Of a stretch of DNA of 64,000 nucleotides, positions 1 through 8,390 are shown piece by piece (position 1 is the first letter of the stretch; each line of letters opens with the position of its first letter). This DNA is from Paenibacillaceae bacterium (GTDB lineage: Bacteria; Bacillota; Bacilli; Paenibacillales; CANHGK01). The DNA lies in contig CANHGK010000003.1 of the NCBI GenBank assembly GCA_947460235.1, positions 150,377 through 214,376 of the forward strand, read 5' to 3'. Made by a program: the position numbers and the translations under genes. The notes under the pieces were generated by a model. That model was given only the letters and a program-made list of their open reading frames with translations. It did no database searches and was not told the DNA's origin.

Positions 1-93
1 TTCTTTCATTGCAATATTCATACTTGCCGCATTAATATTGCCTCTTACCGTTCGACCGGATTCGCTTACCGCACGATACCGAAACGTTGGCAT
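1..93 (-). CDS. pilC: Type IV pilus platform protein PilC (GspF family), first 31 codons only; the gene runs off the left edge
   Basis: The reverse-strand ATG at 93 gives MPTFRYRAVSESGRTVRGNINAASMNIAMKE, a typical PilC/GspF N-terminus. It starts 7 nt after the pilT stop. It is absent from the ORF track because it is truncated. Confidence 0.6.
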   Translation of the reverse strand, partial: MPTFRYRAVSESGRTVRGNINAASMNIAMKE

Positions 94-99
94 TACGGA

Positions 100-1146
100 T
101 CACTCCCGTCCGACCGGATCAAGACTAATTTGGGCTTGTTTTGCTGTTTCCGAAGAAATCATTCCATTGCGCAATAATTCCCGTATGGAATTCTCCATCG
201 TGATCATTCCTTGTTGAACACCCGTCTGCATCATGGAACGAATTTGATGTGTTTTTTCGCTGCGTATCAAGTTAGCAATCGCAGAATTATTTAGCATGAC
301 TTCAACAGATACAACCCGACCGTTTCCATAGGCACTTGGCAACAATCGCTGAGAGCATACACCAAGTAAAACACTCGCCAATTGAACCCGTACTTGTTGT
401 TGTTGATCCGGGGAAAAAACATCTATAATTCGGTCAATGGTTTGCGGTGCATCCATCGTATGTAAGGTTCCAAATACGAGATGTCCTGTTTCTGCAGCAG
501 TAATTGCGGTTGAAATCGTCTCAAGATCACGCATCTCGCCCACGAGAATGACATCCGGATCTTGACGCAATGCCGCCCTTAGTCCCGTTGCGAATGTTTT
601 CGTGTCGCGGCCGATTTGGCGCTGATTAACAATACATTTACGGTGGTTATGCACAAATTCAATTGGATCTTCCAACGTAATGATATGCCGAGAATGATTC
701 ATATTAATATGATTGATCATCGCCGCGAGTGTCGAAGATTTCCCACTTCCAGTAGGCCCCGTTACAAGAAATAGCCCTTGGTTTCTGCGCGTTAATTCTT
801 CTAAGACCGGTGGCAAATTCAAATCGTATAAATTTGGAACACTATTCGCAATTAAACGTAACGCCAGAGAGACATTATCTTTCTGACGAAATGCACTACA
901 ACGGTATCTACCGAGTCCAGGATGTTCATATGCAAAATCAACATCCCCATCTCTCAAAAACGATTCCCACATGACGTCATCCATTAATTCTCTTGCCAAT
1001 GCATTCGTATCTTCTTTACGAAGCACCTCATCTGTCAAAGGCTCCAATTTCCCAAACCGTCTACCCATAGGTTTGGAGTTAACTGTAAAATGCAAGTCCG
1101 AAGCACTTCGTTCTACGCCAATGGTCAGCCATTTGCTAGCCGTCAT
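100..1146 (-). CDS. pilT: Twitching-motility (retraction) ATPase PilT
   Basis: Walker A GPTGSGKSST, Asp box ILVGEMRD and His box TGHLVFGTLHT are present, and the size is typical of PilT (about 348 aa). The ATG at 1146 lies 10 nt from AAGGAGGG (1157-1164), so I prefer it to the TTG at 1155 used by the ORF track. Confidence 0.9.
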   Translation of the reverse strand: MTASKWLTIGVERSASDLHFTVNSKPMGRRFGKLEPLTDEVLRKEDTNALARELMDDVMWESFLRDGDVDFAYEHPGLGRYRCSAFRQKDNVSLALRLIANSVPNLYDLNLPPVLEELTRRNQGLFLVTGPTGSGKSSTLAAMINHINMNHSRHIITLEDPIEFVHNHRKCIVNQRQIGRDTKTFATGLRAALRQDPDVILVGEMRDLETISTAITAAETGHLVFGTLHTMDAPQTIDRIIDVFSPDQQQQVRVQLASVLLGVCSQRLLPSAYGNGRVVSVEVMLNNSAIANLIRSEKTHQIRSMMQTGVQQGMITMENSIRELLRNGMISSETAKQAQISLDPVGRE

Positions 1147-1261
1147 ACAGGCCAAACCCTCCTTTTGTGCGTAGCGTCAATCAAACAATATGGTGGTCTA
1201 CTTCGACAAAGCAAGGCTAATCCCTTTTTTTGTTGAGAATTTATAAATTAAATCACGAAGA

Positions 1262-2923
1262 TCAACCTCCATTTGTCGTCACCCGAAACACTTCAGTAAG
1301 CGTCGTCTGACCCTTAACTGCTTTGATCAAAGCGTCAACAACGATCGGAATCAATCCATGTTCTTCGGCATATACGCGGTACTCACTATCAGGTCTACGT
1401 TGCATAATCATCGTTCGCAACTGATCGTCAAAAACAAGTACTTCATGAATTGGCAATCGTCCTTTATAGCCTGTCCGATTGCATTCGTTGCAACCTCTGG
1501 CTTTGCGTAAAAACTGTGCTTCCAACCCGTATTGCGCCAAAATTGTTTTTTCTTCTACGGTCGGTTCATATTTAACAGCGCAGTTCGGACAAATTTTTCG
1601 AATCAATCGTTGCGCAACGATACAGTTAAGTGAAGAAGATACTAAGAAAGGTTCTACGCCCATATCAATTAATCGTGTAATTGAGTTTACGGCACTATTC
1701 GTGTGAAGGGTACTCATGACAAGATGACCAGTCAGAGCGGCACGCACTGCAATTTCCGCGGTTTCTGTATCACGAATTTCACCGACCATGACGATGTTCG
1801 GATCTTGGCGCAAAATCGAACGCAACCCTTTCGCAAAGGTTAATCCGATTTGTGCGTTAACCTGCATCTGGTTGATTCCTTCGATTTGATACTCAACAGG
1901 GTCCTCAACCGTGATAATGTTCACTTCATCACGATTCAGTCTTGCAAGTGCTGAATACAAGGTGGTGGATTTCCCGCTTCCCGTCGGTCCGGTGATTAAC
2001 GCCATCCCGTACGGTTGCACAATTGCCTTTTGGAATAATGACAAATTGTGATCTGAAAAGCCGATTTGATCCAGTTCTTTAATGGAGTTTGAAACATCCA
2101 AAATACGCATAACGATCTTTTCGCCGCCTACCATCGGTAAGGTAGATACACGAAGATCAATTTTGCGAAAATCGATGTCCAATTCGATGCGGCCGTCTTG
2201 TGGGAGACGACGCTCTGCGAGGTTTAACTTCGCCATAACTTTGACGCGCGCACTGACAACCGAGTTCATATATCCAGGTAATGTCCGTTCCGTACGAAGC
2301 ACGCCATCCACGCGATAGCGAATCTTTACATTTTGTTCTTGCGGGTCAATATGAATATCGGACGCGCCGAGGTGCACCGCTTGGGTAATGATTTGATTCA
2401 CCATTTGTACGATCGGTGAATCATCATCCGCCAATTGCGACTCGTCCACATCTTTAACTTGCATTTTGTCCATCAACTTCTCAACAGACTCTTGCATCAC
2501 GTAATACCTTTTTACGGCACGTACGATATCGTCCTTCGAAGCGATGGTTGGCTCAATCCGAAACCCCGTACTCATCCGCAATTCGTCAATTGCGAAATAA
2601 TCGAGCGGATCAGCCATAGCAACAACCAGTTTATTACCTTCTGTACGAATTGGCAAGACTAAGTATTTTTCCGCAATTTTTTGTGGGACAAGATTAATAA
2701 TCTTTTGATCGATCCGCTGTTTGGACAATTGAACATGCGGAATCCCCAGTTGAAATTCAAGCACTTCAACCAGTTGTTGTTCCGTTATATAATGACGCGC
2801 AATGAGTAAATCACCGAGACGCATATTTGCTTCTTTTTGCTCTTTCAATGCCGCCTGTAGTTGTTCTTGTGTTAACAACCCCGCTTCAATCATCAAATCT
2901 CCGATCCGTTTGCGAACAGCCAC
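1262..2923 (-). CDS. pilB: Type IV pilus assembly ATPase PilB (GspE family) with an N-terminal MshEN-type domain
   Basis: The 553-aa product has Walker A GPTGSGKSTT, VMVGEIRD, TGHLVMSTLHT and a tetracysteine motif (CPNC...CNEC). The GTG start lies 5 nt after GAGGAGGGG. Confidence 0.9.
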   Translation of the reverse strand: MAVRKRIGDLMIEAGLLTQEQLQAALKEQKEANMRLGDLLIARHYITEQQLVEVLEFQLGIPHVQLSKQRIDQKIINLVPQKIAEKYLVLPIRTEGNKLVVAMADPLDYFAIDELRMSTGFRIEPTIASKDDIVRAVKRYYVMQESVEKLMDKMQVKDVDESQLADDDSPIVQMVNQIITQAVHLGASDIHIDPQEQNVKIRYRVDGVLRTERTLPGYMNSVVSARVKVMAKLNLAERRLPQDGRIELDIDFRKIDLRVSTLPMVGGEKIVMRILDVSNSIKELDQIGFSDHNLSLFQKAIVQPYGMALITGPTGSGKSTTLYSALARLNRDEVNIITVEDPVEYQIEGINQMQVNAQIGLTFAKGLRSILRQDPNIVMVGEIRDTETAEIAVRAALTGHLVMSTLHTNSAVNSITRLIDMGVEPFLVSSSLNCIVAQRLIRKICPNCAVKYEPTVEEKTILAQYGLEAQFLRKARGCNECNRTGYKGRLPIHEVLVFDDQLRTMIMQRRPDSEYRVYAEEHGLIPIVVDALIKAVKGQTTLTEVFRVTTNGG

Positions 2924-2939
2924 CTGGACCCCTCCTCAA

Positions 2940-2955
2940 TTGTGAGCGCTATCAT
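2940..2955. promoter_or_regulatory. Candidate catabolite-responsive element (cre, CcpA/LacI-family operator)
   Basis: TTGTGAGCGCTATCAT matches all fixed positions of the cre consensus WTGNNARCGNWWWCAW. It lies in the 34-nt gap between the sigK stop (2958) and the pilB RBS. Confidence 0.5.
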
Positions 2956-2957
2956 TT

Positions 2958-3671
2958 CTAATTGTACCTGTGCCACTCTTTTTTTGAAATAGCCTGATAC
3001 AGTTTTAAAAGCGCTCGTTTCTCAATTCTCGATACGTATGATCTTGAAATTCCCATTGTTCGGGCAATGTCTTTTTGAGTACGTTCTACCCCATCATCTC
3101 CGAGGCCGTATCGATGTCCAATCACAAACTTTTCCCGGTCCGTCAAGATCGGCAAATGTGCTCGGATATGTTTTTGTTCCATCTTCAAATGAATTTCATC
3201 AATAATTTCTTCCCCATCAGTTCCTAGCACATCCAATAATGTGATATCATTACCTTCAGTGTCTGTACCAAAAGGTTCGTGCAAAGAAACGTTTTTCCTT
3301 TGTTTTTTTGAAGATCTTAGATGCATTAATATTTCGTTCTCAATGCATCGTGCTGCAAAAGTCGCGAGCTTCGTACCCATTTGTGGTTGAAAGCGTGAGA
3401 TTGCCTTCATTAATCCGATCGTTCCGATCGAAATAAAGTCCTCAGCATCCGATCGATTCGACTCAAATTTTTTCACTACATGTGCCACAAGCCGCAAATT
3501 ATGTTCAATCAATTTATTTCTCGCCATTTCATCTCCTTCGTGCATTCGACGTAAACAGTCCGCTTCCTCTAGTTCATTTAGCGGTTGTGGAAAAACGGCC
3601 GGTTTCACCAATCCAACGAATGCAAACCATGGTTTCAGAAAAATTGCGGACAACAATGCCAATCCAATCAT
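2958..3671 (-). CDS. sigK: Pro-sigma-K, late mother-cell sporulation sigma factor, uninterrupted
   Basis: AFPQPL...GDEMARNKLIEHNLRLVAHVVKKFE and ISIGTIGLMKAI...ARCIENEILMHLR...GISRSYVSRIEKRAL closely parallel B. subtilis SigK. A hydrophobic N-terminal pro-sequence is present. It is a single 237-aa ORF with no skin-like insertion. Confidence 0.85.
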   Translation of the reverse strand: MIGLALLSAIFLKPWFAFVGLVKPAVFPQPLNELEEADCLRRMHEGDEMARNKLIEHNLRLVAHVVKKFESNRSDAEDFISIGTIGLMKAISRFQPQMGTKLATFAARCIENEILMHLRSSKKQRKNVSLHEPFGTDTEGNDITLLDVLGTDGEEIIDEIHLKMEQKHIRAHLPILTDREKFVIGHRYGLGDDGVERTQKDIARTMGISRSYVSRIEKRALLKLYQAISKKEWHRYN

Positions 3672-3809
3672 GTTCCAGCCCCCCGATTTTTCGTTTTTCC
3701 ATCGTATGTGGGCTAGCGCCTAAACGTGTATGTCCGCTATAATTTTCATAAATGGCTATGGCATCAGCTTGACCTACAATTAACTTACAGAGGAGATTTA
3801 AATCACATT

Positions 3810-4982
3810 ATGAAATTACAACGTTACAAACAGCCCGTCGTCATCCTTGCATCACTAACAATTGCGATGTCCGCTTTTATTTCACCTGTTTTTGCAGCGT
3901 CCAAAAGCACTGCCGTCAACCCTACGCCAACATGGAATTGGTATATCGACGACCAACTAAAAACGAGCAAAACCCCATTACAAACTTCAAAAAACGGTAG
4001 CTATTCCGTTTCGATTATTGAACTTGCAAAAATCCTAGGGATTCCAGTTAAAATCGATCCAAAAACAAAAACCGTTTACTTTGGTAAGCTTCCAGCCGCT
4101 CAAAACATTATTGCTAAATATAAAGTGGGTAAAACAATCAAAACGTTAACTGAAAAAGAATTAAATCAATATGTCGACTATATTTGCTTTTACAACCAAT
4201 CTTATAATCAATACCGCAAAGATCCTGAGTTTTTGAAGGATATGGCACAAAAATATGTACTTCTTGATTGGAACGCTTCTCAAGCAAACAATTCAGACAA
4301 GTTGATATCGATCAACAAATCTCTTACCGTTTTAAGAGATTTGAAAGCACAATTTTCAACAAACCAATCCCTTGCCGCTGCGTGGTCATCATTAACGATT
4401 GACGAAGCTTCATTTCGACGATTCATTAAATTAGAAGTTCAGGCAATCGCACACGAAAAATCACTAGTTACCGATGCGCAAGTGAAACAAGACTATGATG
4501 ATGCCATCGCATCGGATGCAATGACCATTGCAGATGTTCGTCATATTCTCGTAGCAACAGCCGATACTTCTGGTCAAGCGCTACGCACCGAGGAAGATGC
4601 ATTAAAGAAAGCTCAAGATTTGCACGATCAAATTGTAAAAGGTGCTTCACTTGCCAATTTGGCAAAAACAGATTCTGATGATCCAGGTTCTGCTACCAAC
4701 GGCGGTCTATATGCCAATGCGAAAATTTCTGATTGGGTTACTGGATTCAAGGATGCTGCAAAAACATTACCGCTTAACACGTTAAGTGATCCAGTTAAAA
4801 CGGAATATGGTTATCATCTAATCATCGTTGAGAAACGTTCCACCAAAACATTTGATGAAGCAAAAACGGAACTGAAAGAAGCTCATGCAAGAACTGCCTT
4901 AACAGATCGTTTAAGTGCGGGAATGAATGATATTATCATCAGCATCCAATCACCTACAAACTTTTTTAATTCGATAAAATAA
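3810..4982 (+). CDS. Secreted parvulin-type peptidyl-prolyl isomerase (PrsA/SurA-like) with a short N-terminal stalk-like segment
   Basis: The ATG at 3810 follows AGGAGA (3791-3796). The signal peptide is MKLQRYKQPVVILASLTIAMSAFISPVFA. The C-terminal rotamase motifs are RHILV...SDDPGSATNGGL...GYHLIIVEKR. Confidence 0.75.
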   Translation: MKLQRYKQPVVILASLTIAMSAFISPVFAASKSTAVNPTPTWNWYIDDQLKTSKTPLQTSKNGSYSVSIIELAKILGIPVKIDPKTKTVYFGKLPAAQNIIAKYKVGKTIKTLTEKELNQYVDYICFYNQSYNQYRKDPEFLKDMAQKYVLLDWNASQANNSDKLISINKSLTVLRDLKAQFSTNQSLAAAWSSLTIDEASFRRFIKLEVQAIAHEKSLVTDAQVKQDYDDAIASDAMTIADVRHILVATADTSGQALRTEEDALKKAQDLHDQIVKGASLANLAKTDSDDPGSATNGGLYANAKISDWVTGFKDAAKTLPLNTLSDPVKTEYGYHLIIVEKRSTKTFDEAKTELKEAHARTALTDRLSAGMNDIIISIQSPTNFFNSIK

Positions 4983-5030
4983 TAGAACTTGATGAAACTC
5001 AATCGACTTGCATCCATCAAATAAACAAAT

Positions 5031-5077
5031 AAACCTCTGGCGAATTGGTATGAAACCGAATTCGTCAGAGGTTTTTG
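5031..5077. terminator. Bidirectional rho-independent terminator between convergent genes
   Basis: The stem AAACCTCTGGCGAATT / GAATTCGTCAGAGGTTT is flanked by T/A runs on both strands. Confidence 0.7.
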
Positions 5078-5082
5078 TATCA

Positions 5083-5646
5083 TTATTTACCTGTAATTTG
5101 CTTGAATAAAATAAATTGCCTTAACACATCCATTCCATCAGCAGGCATATACACAATTTCTGCACCATATCTTACACCGCGTTCAGAAATAATTTGGTTT
5201 AGTAAATATACTTTTGCAACAACCGGTGGGTCGAGCGTATGCAAAATCAAATGATAATACTCTTTTAATGCCAATGTTTTTTTGGGAGAATAAAATCCAA
5301 TCCCATTATGACTAACATCGACAACTTCAACTTGTTTCGTATCATAATCAAGCGACTTAAACATGTTATACATGAGCACGGCTTTCATATCGACAGGAAT
5401 CCGCGGAAACTTGCGACGATTATGCGAAAAATCTTTTAAATTTAATTTAACAAATAAATATAATTTACCGTTGTTTGCAGCGATGACTTTCCCTTTTAAT
5501 TCGGCATTTTGATAGTTAAAAATTGCCTGTTCTCCGATCGCAAAGCGTTCAGGACCTTGCATTCCAATGATCATTAATTCGCCTTCAAAGTAAATAAACG
5601 TACCTTCAACGATTTGATCTCTGCAAAAAATACGAATTTTTTCCAC
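5083..5646 (-). CDS. PilZ-domain protein (YcgR-like two-domain c-di-GMP receptor)
   Basis: The PilZ signature RRKFPR (RxxxR) is followed by DVSHNG (D/NxSxxG) about 30 residues later. The product is 187 aa. Confidence 0.75.
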   Translation of the reverse strand: MEKIRIFCRDQIVEGTFIYFEGELMIIGMQGPERFAIGEQAIFNYQNAELKGKVIAANNGKLYLFVKLNLKDFSHNRRKFPRIPVDMKAVLMYNMFKSLDYDTKQVEVVDVSHNGIGFYSPKKTLALKEYYHLILHTLDPPVVAKVYLLNQIISERGVRYGAEIVYMPADGMDVLRQFILFKQITGK

Positions 5647-5665
5647 GATGAAACCCCTCCATTCC

Positions 5666-6766
5666 CTACGACTCTATTTCTTCTATCGTTTCCGGTTCAG
5701 GCCAATGAATCCATTTTTTCCATATCCCTTGTTCGTACATTGCTTTCAAAAATAAAATAAGCACTGGTGTTGCTACCATCCCTGCGACACCGAAAATCGA
5801 AAATGAAATCATCAACGAAGCAAGCATCGTAAATGCTGAAACACCAAGCGACTCACCTGAAAGTTTTGGTTCAGCAATCTGTCTAAAGAGGACCACGACG
5901 CCATACAAAATGAGCAATCCAACTGCGAATGTCACATTCCCAGTCGCCCACGAATATAACATCCAAGGTATAAATAGTGTTGCAACGCCGATGAGTGGGA
6001 ACAAGTCCAAAATCGCACAAAACAATGCAAGCGATAATGCTTTATCTGATCCTAAGATCAATAATCCAACCAGTAAGATCGAAAAGGTGCAACTAACTAA
6101 AATCAGTTGTGCGCGAATGTATCTTCTCAGCCCAGACCATACGTGTTTATATAAAAATGATCCCGCATCTTTTAATCCTTGCGGCGCTTTATGATGAATC
6201 CATTTCGACCATTGATTGCGTTCTAAACTAAGAAAATATGCCAAAATCAATCCGATAATCGAATTAATCAGCAAAATCGGAACCTTTTTCACCGTCTGTA
6301 CCATCGATAAGAAAATCGTAGTTACCCAATTTGATATATTATTCAATAAACTCACAACATATCCCTGCAATTTTAACGTCCAGTCTGGACCAAAGGATGT
6401 CAATTGTTCTTGCAGATAAAAATTCATATCGCTGAACTTATCAATAAATTGATTTTCCATTGCCGGAAATTGTTCAATGATTTGCTGCGTCTGATTGACA
6501 ATTAAATAGGCAAAAAAACTAAACACACCAAGCATCAGTAATAACCAAACCCATACCGAAAGTAACGCGGCAAACCCTTTATGTAATCCACCTTTATGAA
6601 TTTGAAAAGCGAGCGGTTCAATGATCGCAAACCAAACAGCGGCAAAAAAAAGCGGTGCCGCAAGTTGATACATCCAACTTATCAACGTCAATAACGAAAT
6701 AATCGATACTGCCAACAACGCCAAATCTAATCCAGTTCTTGCATACTTTTTATAAAACGAAAACAC
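5666..6766 (-). CDS. AI-2E family (PerM/YtvI-like) integral membrane transporter
   Basis: The 366-aa polytopic membrane protein has the layout and conserved C-terminal half typical of AI-2E/YtvI sporulation membrane proteins. It lies 19 nt upstream of the PilZ gene. Confidence 0.7.
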   Translation of the reverse strand: MFSFYKKYARTGLDLALLAVSIISLLTLISWMYQLAAPLFFAAVWFAIIEPLAFQIHKGGLHKGFAALLSVWVWLLLMLGVFSFFAYLIVNQTQQIIEQFPAMENQFIDKFSDMNFYLQEQLTSFGPDWTLKLQGYVVSLLNNISNWVTTIFLSMVQTVKKVPILLINSIIGLILAYFLSLERNQWSKWIHHKAPQGLKDAGSFLYKHVWSGLRRYIRAQLILVSCTFSILLVGLLILGSDKALSLALFCAILDLFPLIGVATLFIPWMLYSWATGNVTFAVGLLILYGVVVLFRQIAEPKLSGESLGVSAFTMLASLMISFSIFGVAGMVATPVLILFLKAMYEQGIWKKWIHWPEPETIEEIES

Positions 6767-6789
6767 GTTTGACCTCCTCCGTCAATTCC

Positions 6790-8259
6790 TCACATCTTAT
6801 TTTTTGACATTCGGGTCACAATTTCCTTCGTTAATGGCAATACTTGTGATGAAAGATTTGGCGACAAATCTTCAATAACAACCGCAAAGGCATATTTAGG
6901 TGCATCCGCAGGCGTATAACCTATAAACCATTGGTGCTCTGTATTAGTATTTTGCGCTGTTCCCGTCTTTCCTGCAACCCCTAATACAGAATTATGCAAT
7001 ATTTTTCCCGTTCCACGTTCTACCGTGTTTCGAAGTGCCACTTTCAGAGCTGCATATTCCACTGGTAGTCCCACGCGAATACCGCTTAACCACTTCACTG
7101 GAAATTGCTTACGCACCATCCCTCGCGCATCTGTAATCGCAGTAACAACCCGCGGTGTTGCAACCTTACCTTCGTTCCAGATCGTGACCATCAAATTCGC
7201 AGCTTGTAATGGTGTCATCCTTACATTCCGCTGTCCAATCATTGACTGCGCTCGCTCATACATATCATCTGCACCAATTGCAAAATCCCCTGATTGCTCT
7301 CCCGACCATTGTCCTTCTGATCCAATACGTTGAAAAAGTCCTAAACGCCTTGCAATTGTTTTTAATTGAATCATCGAAACATCCTTAGCATTACCAGCAA
7401 ACCATGCGTTACATGACTGAACTAATGCTTCTAATCCATTCATTTGTCCATGTCCCGCCTCAGACCAACAGCGAACACCATTTATCCGATCACCATGACC
7501 AGTACATTTCACTTCCTGTTTCGGAATCCTGTCAACCTGTTGCGCCATGGCCAGCCAAGTCACGAGCTTAAAAATTGATCCTGGTGCTACCGCTTCAAGT
7601 GCGGTATTACGCCAAGATTGTGGACTAATACGCCATACTGGTCGACTCGCCATCACGATTACATCTGCTGTACGCATGTCCAAAATAACGACTGCGCCTT
7701 TTTTTACACGAAAATTATTAAGTATTTGTTCAATATCTTCTTGAATTGAACGATCAATTGTCGTCTGCACATGTAGTGGGTAGTATGGTGCACCTGCATT
7801 AATGTATGACGTCTCGCATGTGTTTCCCGTCGCATTCATCGTCCAACGAATTTTCGGCACGTATGCGAAGGGCGTACGAATATCACGATCCAACGACTTT
7901 TCGAGTCCAACTACACCACCAGCATCTTTCGTCGCAACACCAATTACCGGACGTGCAACAGTAATCGCTGTTTCCTTTACAACTCGATTTGTCCAACTTG
8001 GCATCGCGCATTGTGCCGGCAAAACTTCAAATACACGCGAAATATGATTCATTGCGTATCCATTTCGATCAAGAAATACTGGTCCATTTGTCGTTACATT
8101 GACTTCGTTCCATTGCTGTCGCTCGGCGAGTTCATTGAAGTTACCGCTGACCATAGACCACGGCTTCCAACCCGTAAGCATTAACAATGCCATCCAAACC
8201 GTTCCCCCAAACAGGCAAAACGACCATATCAACATTACAACTAACATCCGTCGTCGCAT
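6790..8259 (-). CDS. Class B penicillin-binding protein (transpeptidase), short form, possibly PbpI-like
   Basis: It has SxxK (SIFK), KTG (KTGTA) and an N-terminal membrane anchor. The ATG at 8259 (MRRRMLVV) has a GGGG RBS 8 nt upstream. In B. subtilis pbpI lies near yrrMNO. Confidence 0.75.
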   Translation of the reverse strand: MRRRMLVVMLIWSFCLFGGTVWMALLMLTGWKPWSMVSGNFNELAERQQWNEVNVTTNGPVFLDRNGYAMNHISRVFEVLPAQCAMPSWTNRVVKETAITVARPVIGVATKDAGGVVGLEKSLDRDIRTPFAYVPKIRWTMNATGNTCETSYINAGAPYYPLHVQTTIDRSIQEDIEQILNNFRVKKGAVVILDMRTADVIVMASRPVWRISPQSWRNTALEAVAPGSIFKLVTWLAMAQQVDRIPKQEVKCTGHGDRINGVRCWSEAGHGQMNGLEALVQSCNAWFAGNAKDVSMIQLKTIARRLGLFQRIGSEGQWSGEQSGDFAIGADDMYERAQSMIGQRNVRMTPLQAANLMVTIWNEGKVATPRVVTAITDARGMVRKQFPVKWLSGIRVGLPVEYAALKVALRNTVERGTGKILHNSVLGVAGKTGTAQNTNTEHQWFIGYTPADAPKYAFAVVIEDLSPNLSSQVLPLTKEIVTRMSKNKM

Positions 8260-8390
8260 GAATTCAGCCCCTACGCTTTTCACGTAGTTTCTCCATTTGT
8301 ACAACAAAAAAAACACCAGCACGCAACTTCCCCCCTATTATCAAATGCAGGAAGGAGTCATGTATGCGTAGCTAGCGTTTTTCAAAATAA

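Noticed and set aside
2938-2957. AATTGTGAGCGCT, identical to one half of the symmetric lac operator (possible vector contamination or a LacI site)
   Set aside because: Only one half-site matches lacO, the flanks are native sigK/pilB sequence, and the 16-mer fits the cre consensus perfectly. I therefore interpret it as a CcpA-type (LacI-family) operator.
2958-3671. Checked sigK for a skin-like intervening element or a split gene
   Set aside because: It is a single continuous 237-aa ORF covering regions 1.2 to 4.2, with no interruption.
3700-3735. CATAC-containing motifs (CACATACGAT and GACATACACG on the minus strand) upstream of sigK, resembling sigma-E/sigma-K -10 boxes
   Set aside because: I could not find a convincing -35 partner at correct spacing by eye. 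This needs a position-weight-matrix scan and 5' end data, so it is not reported as a feature.
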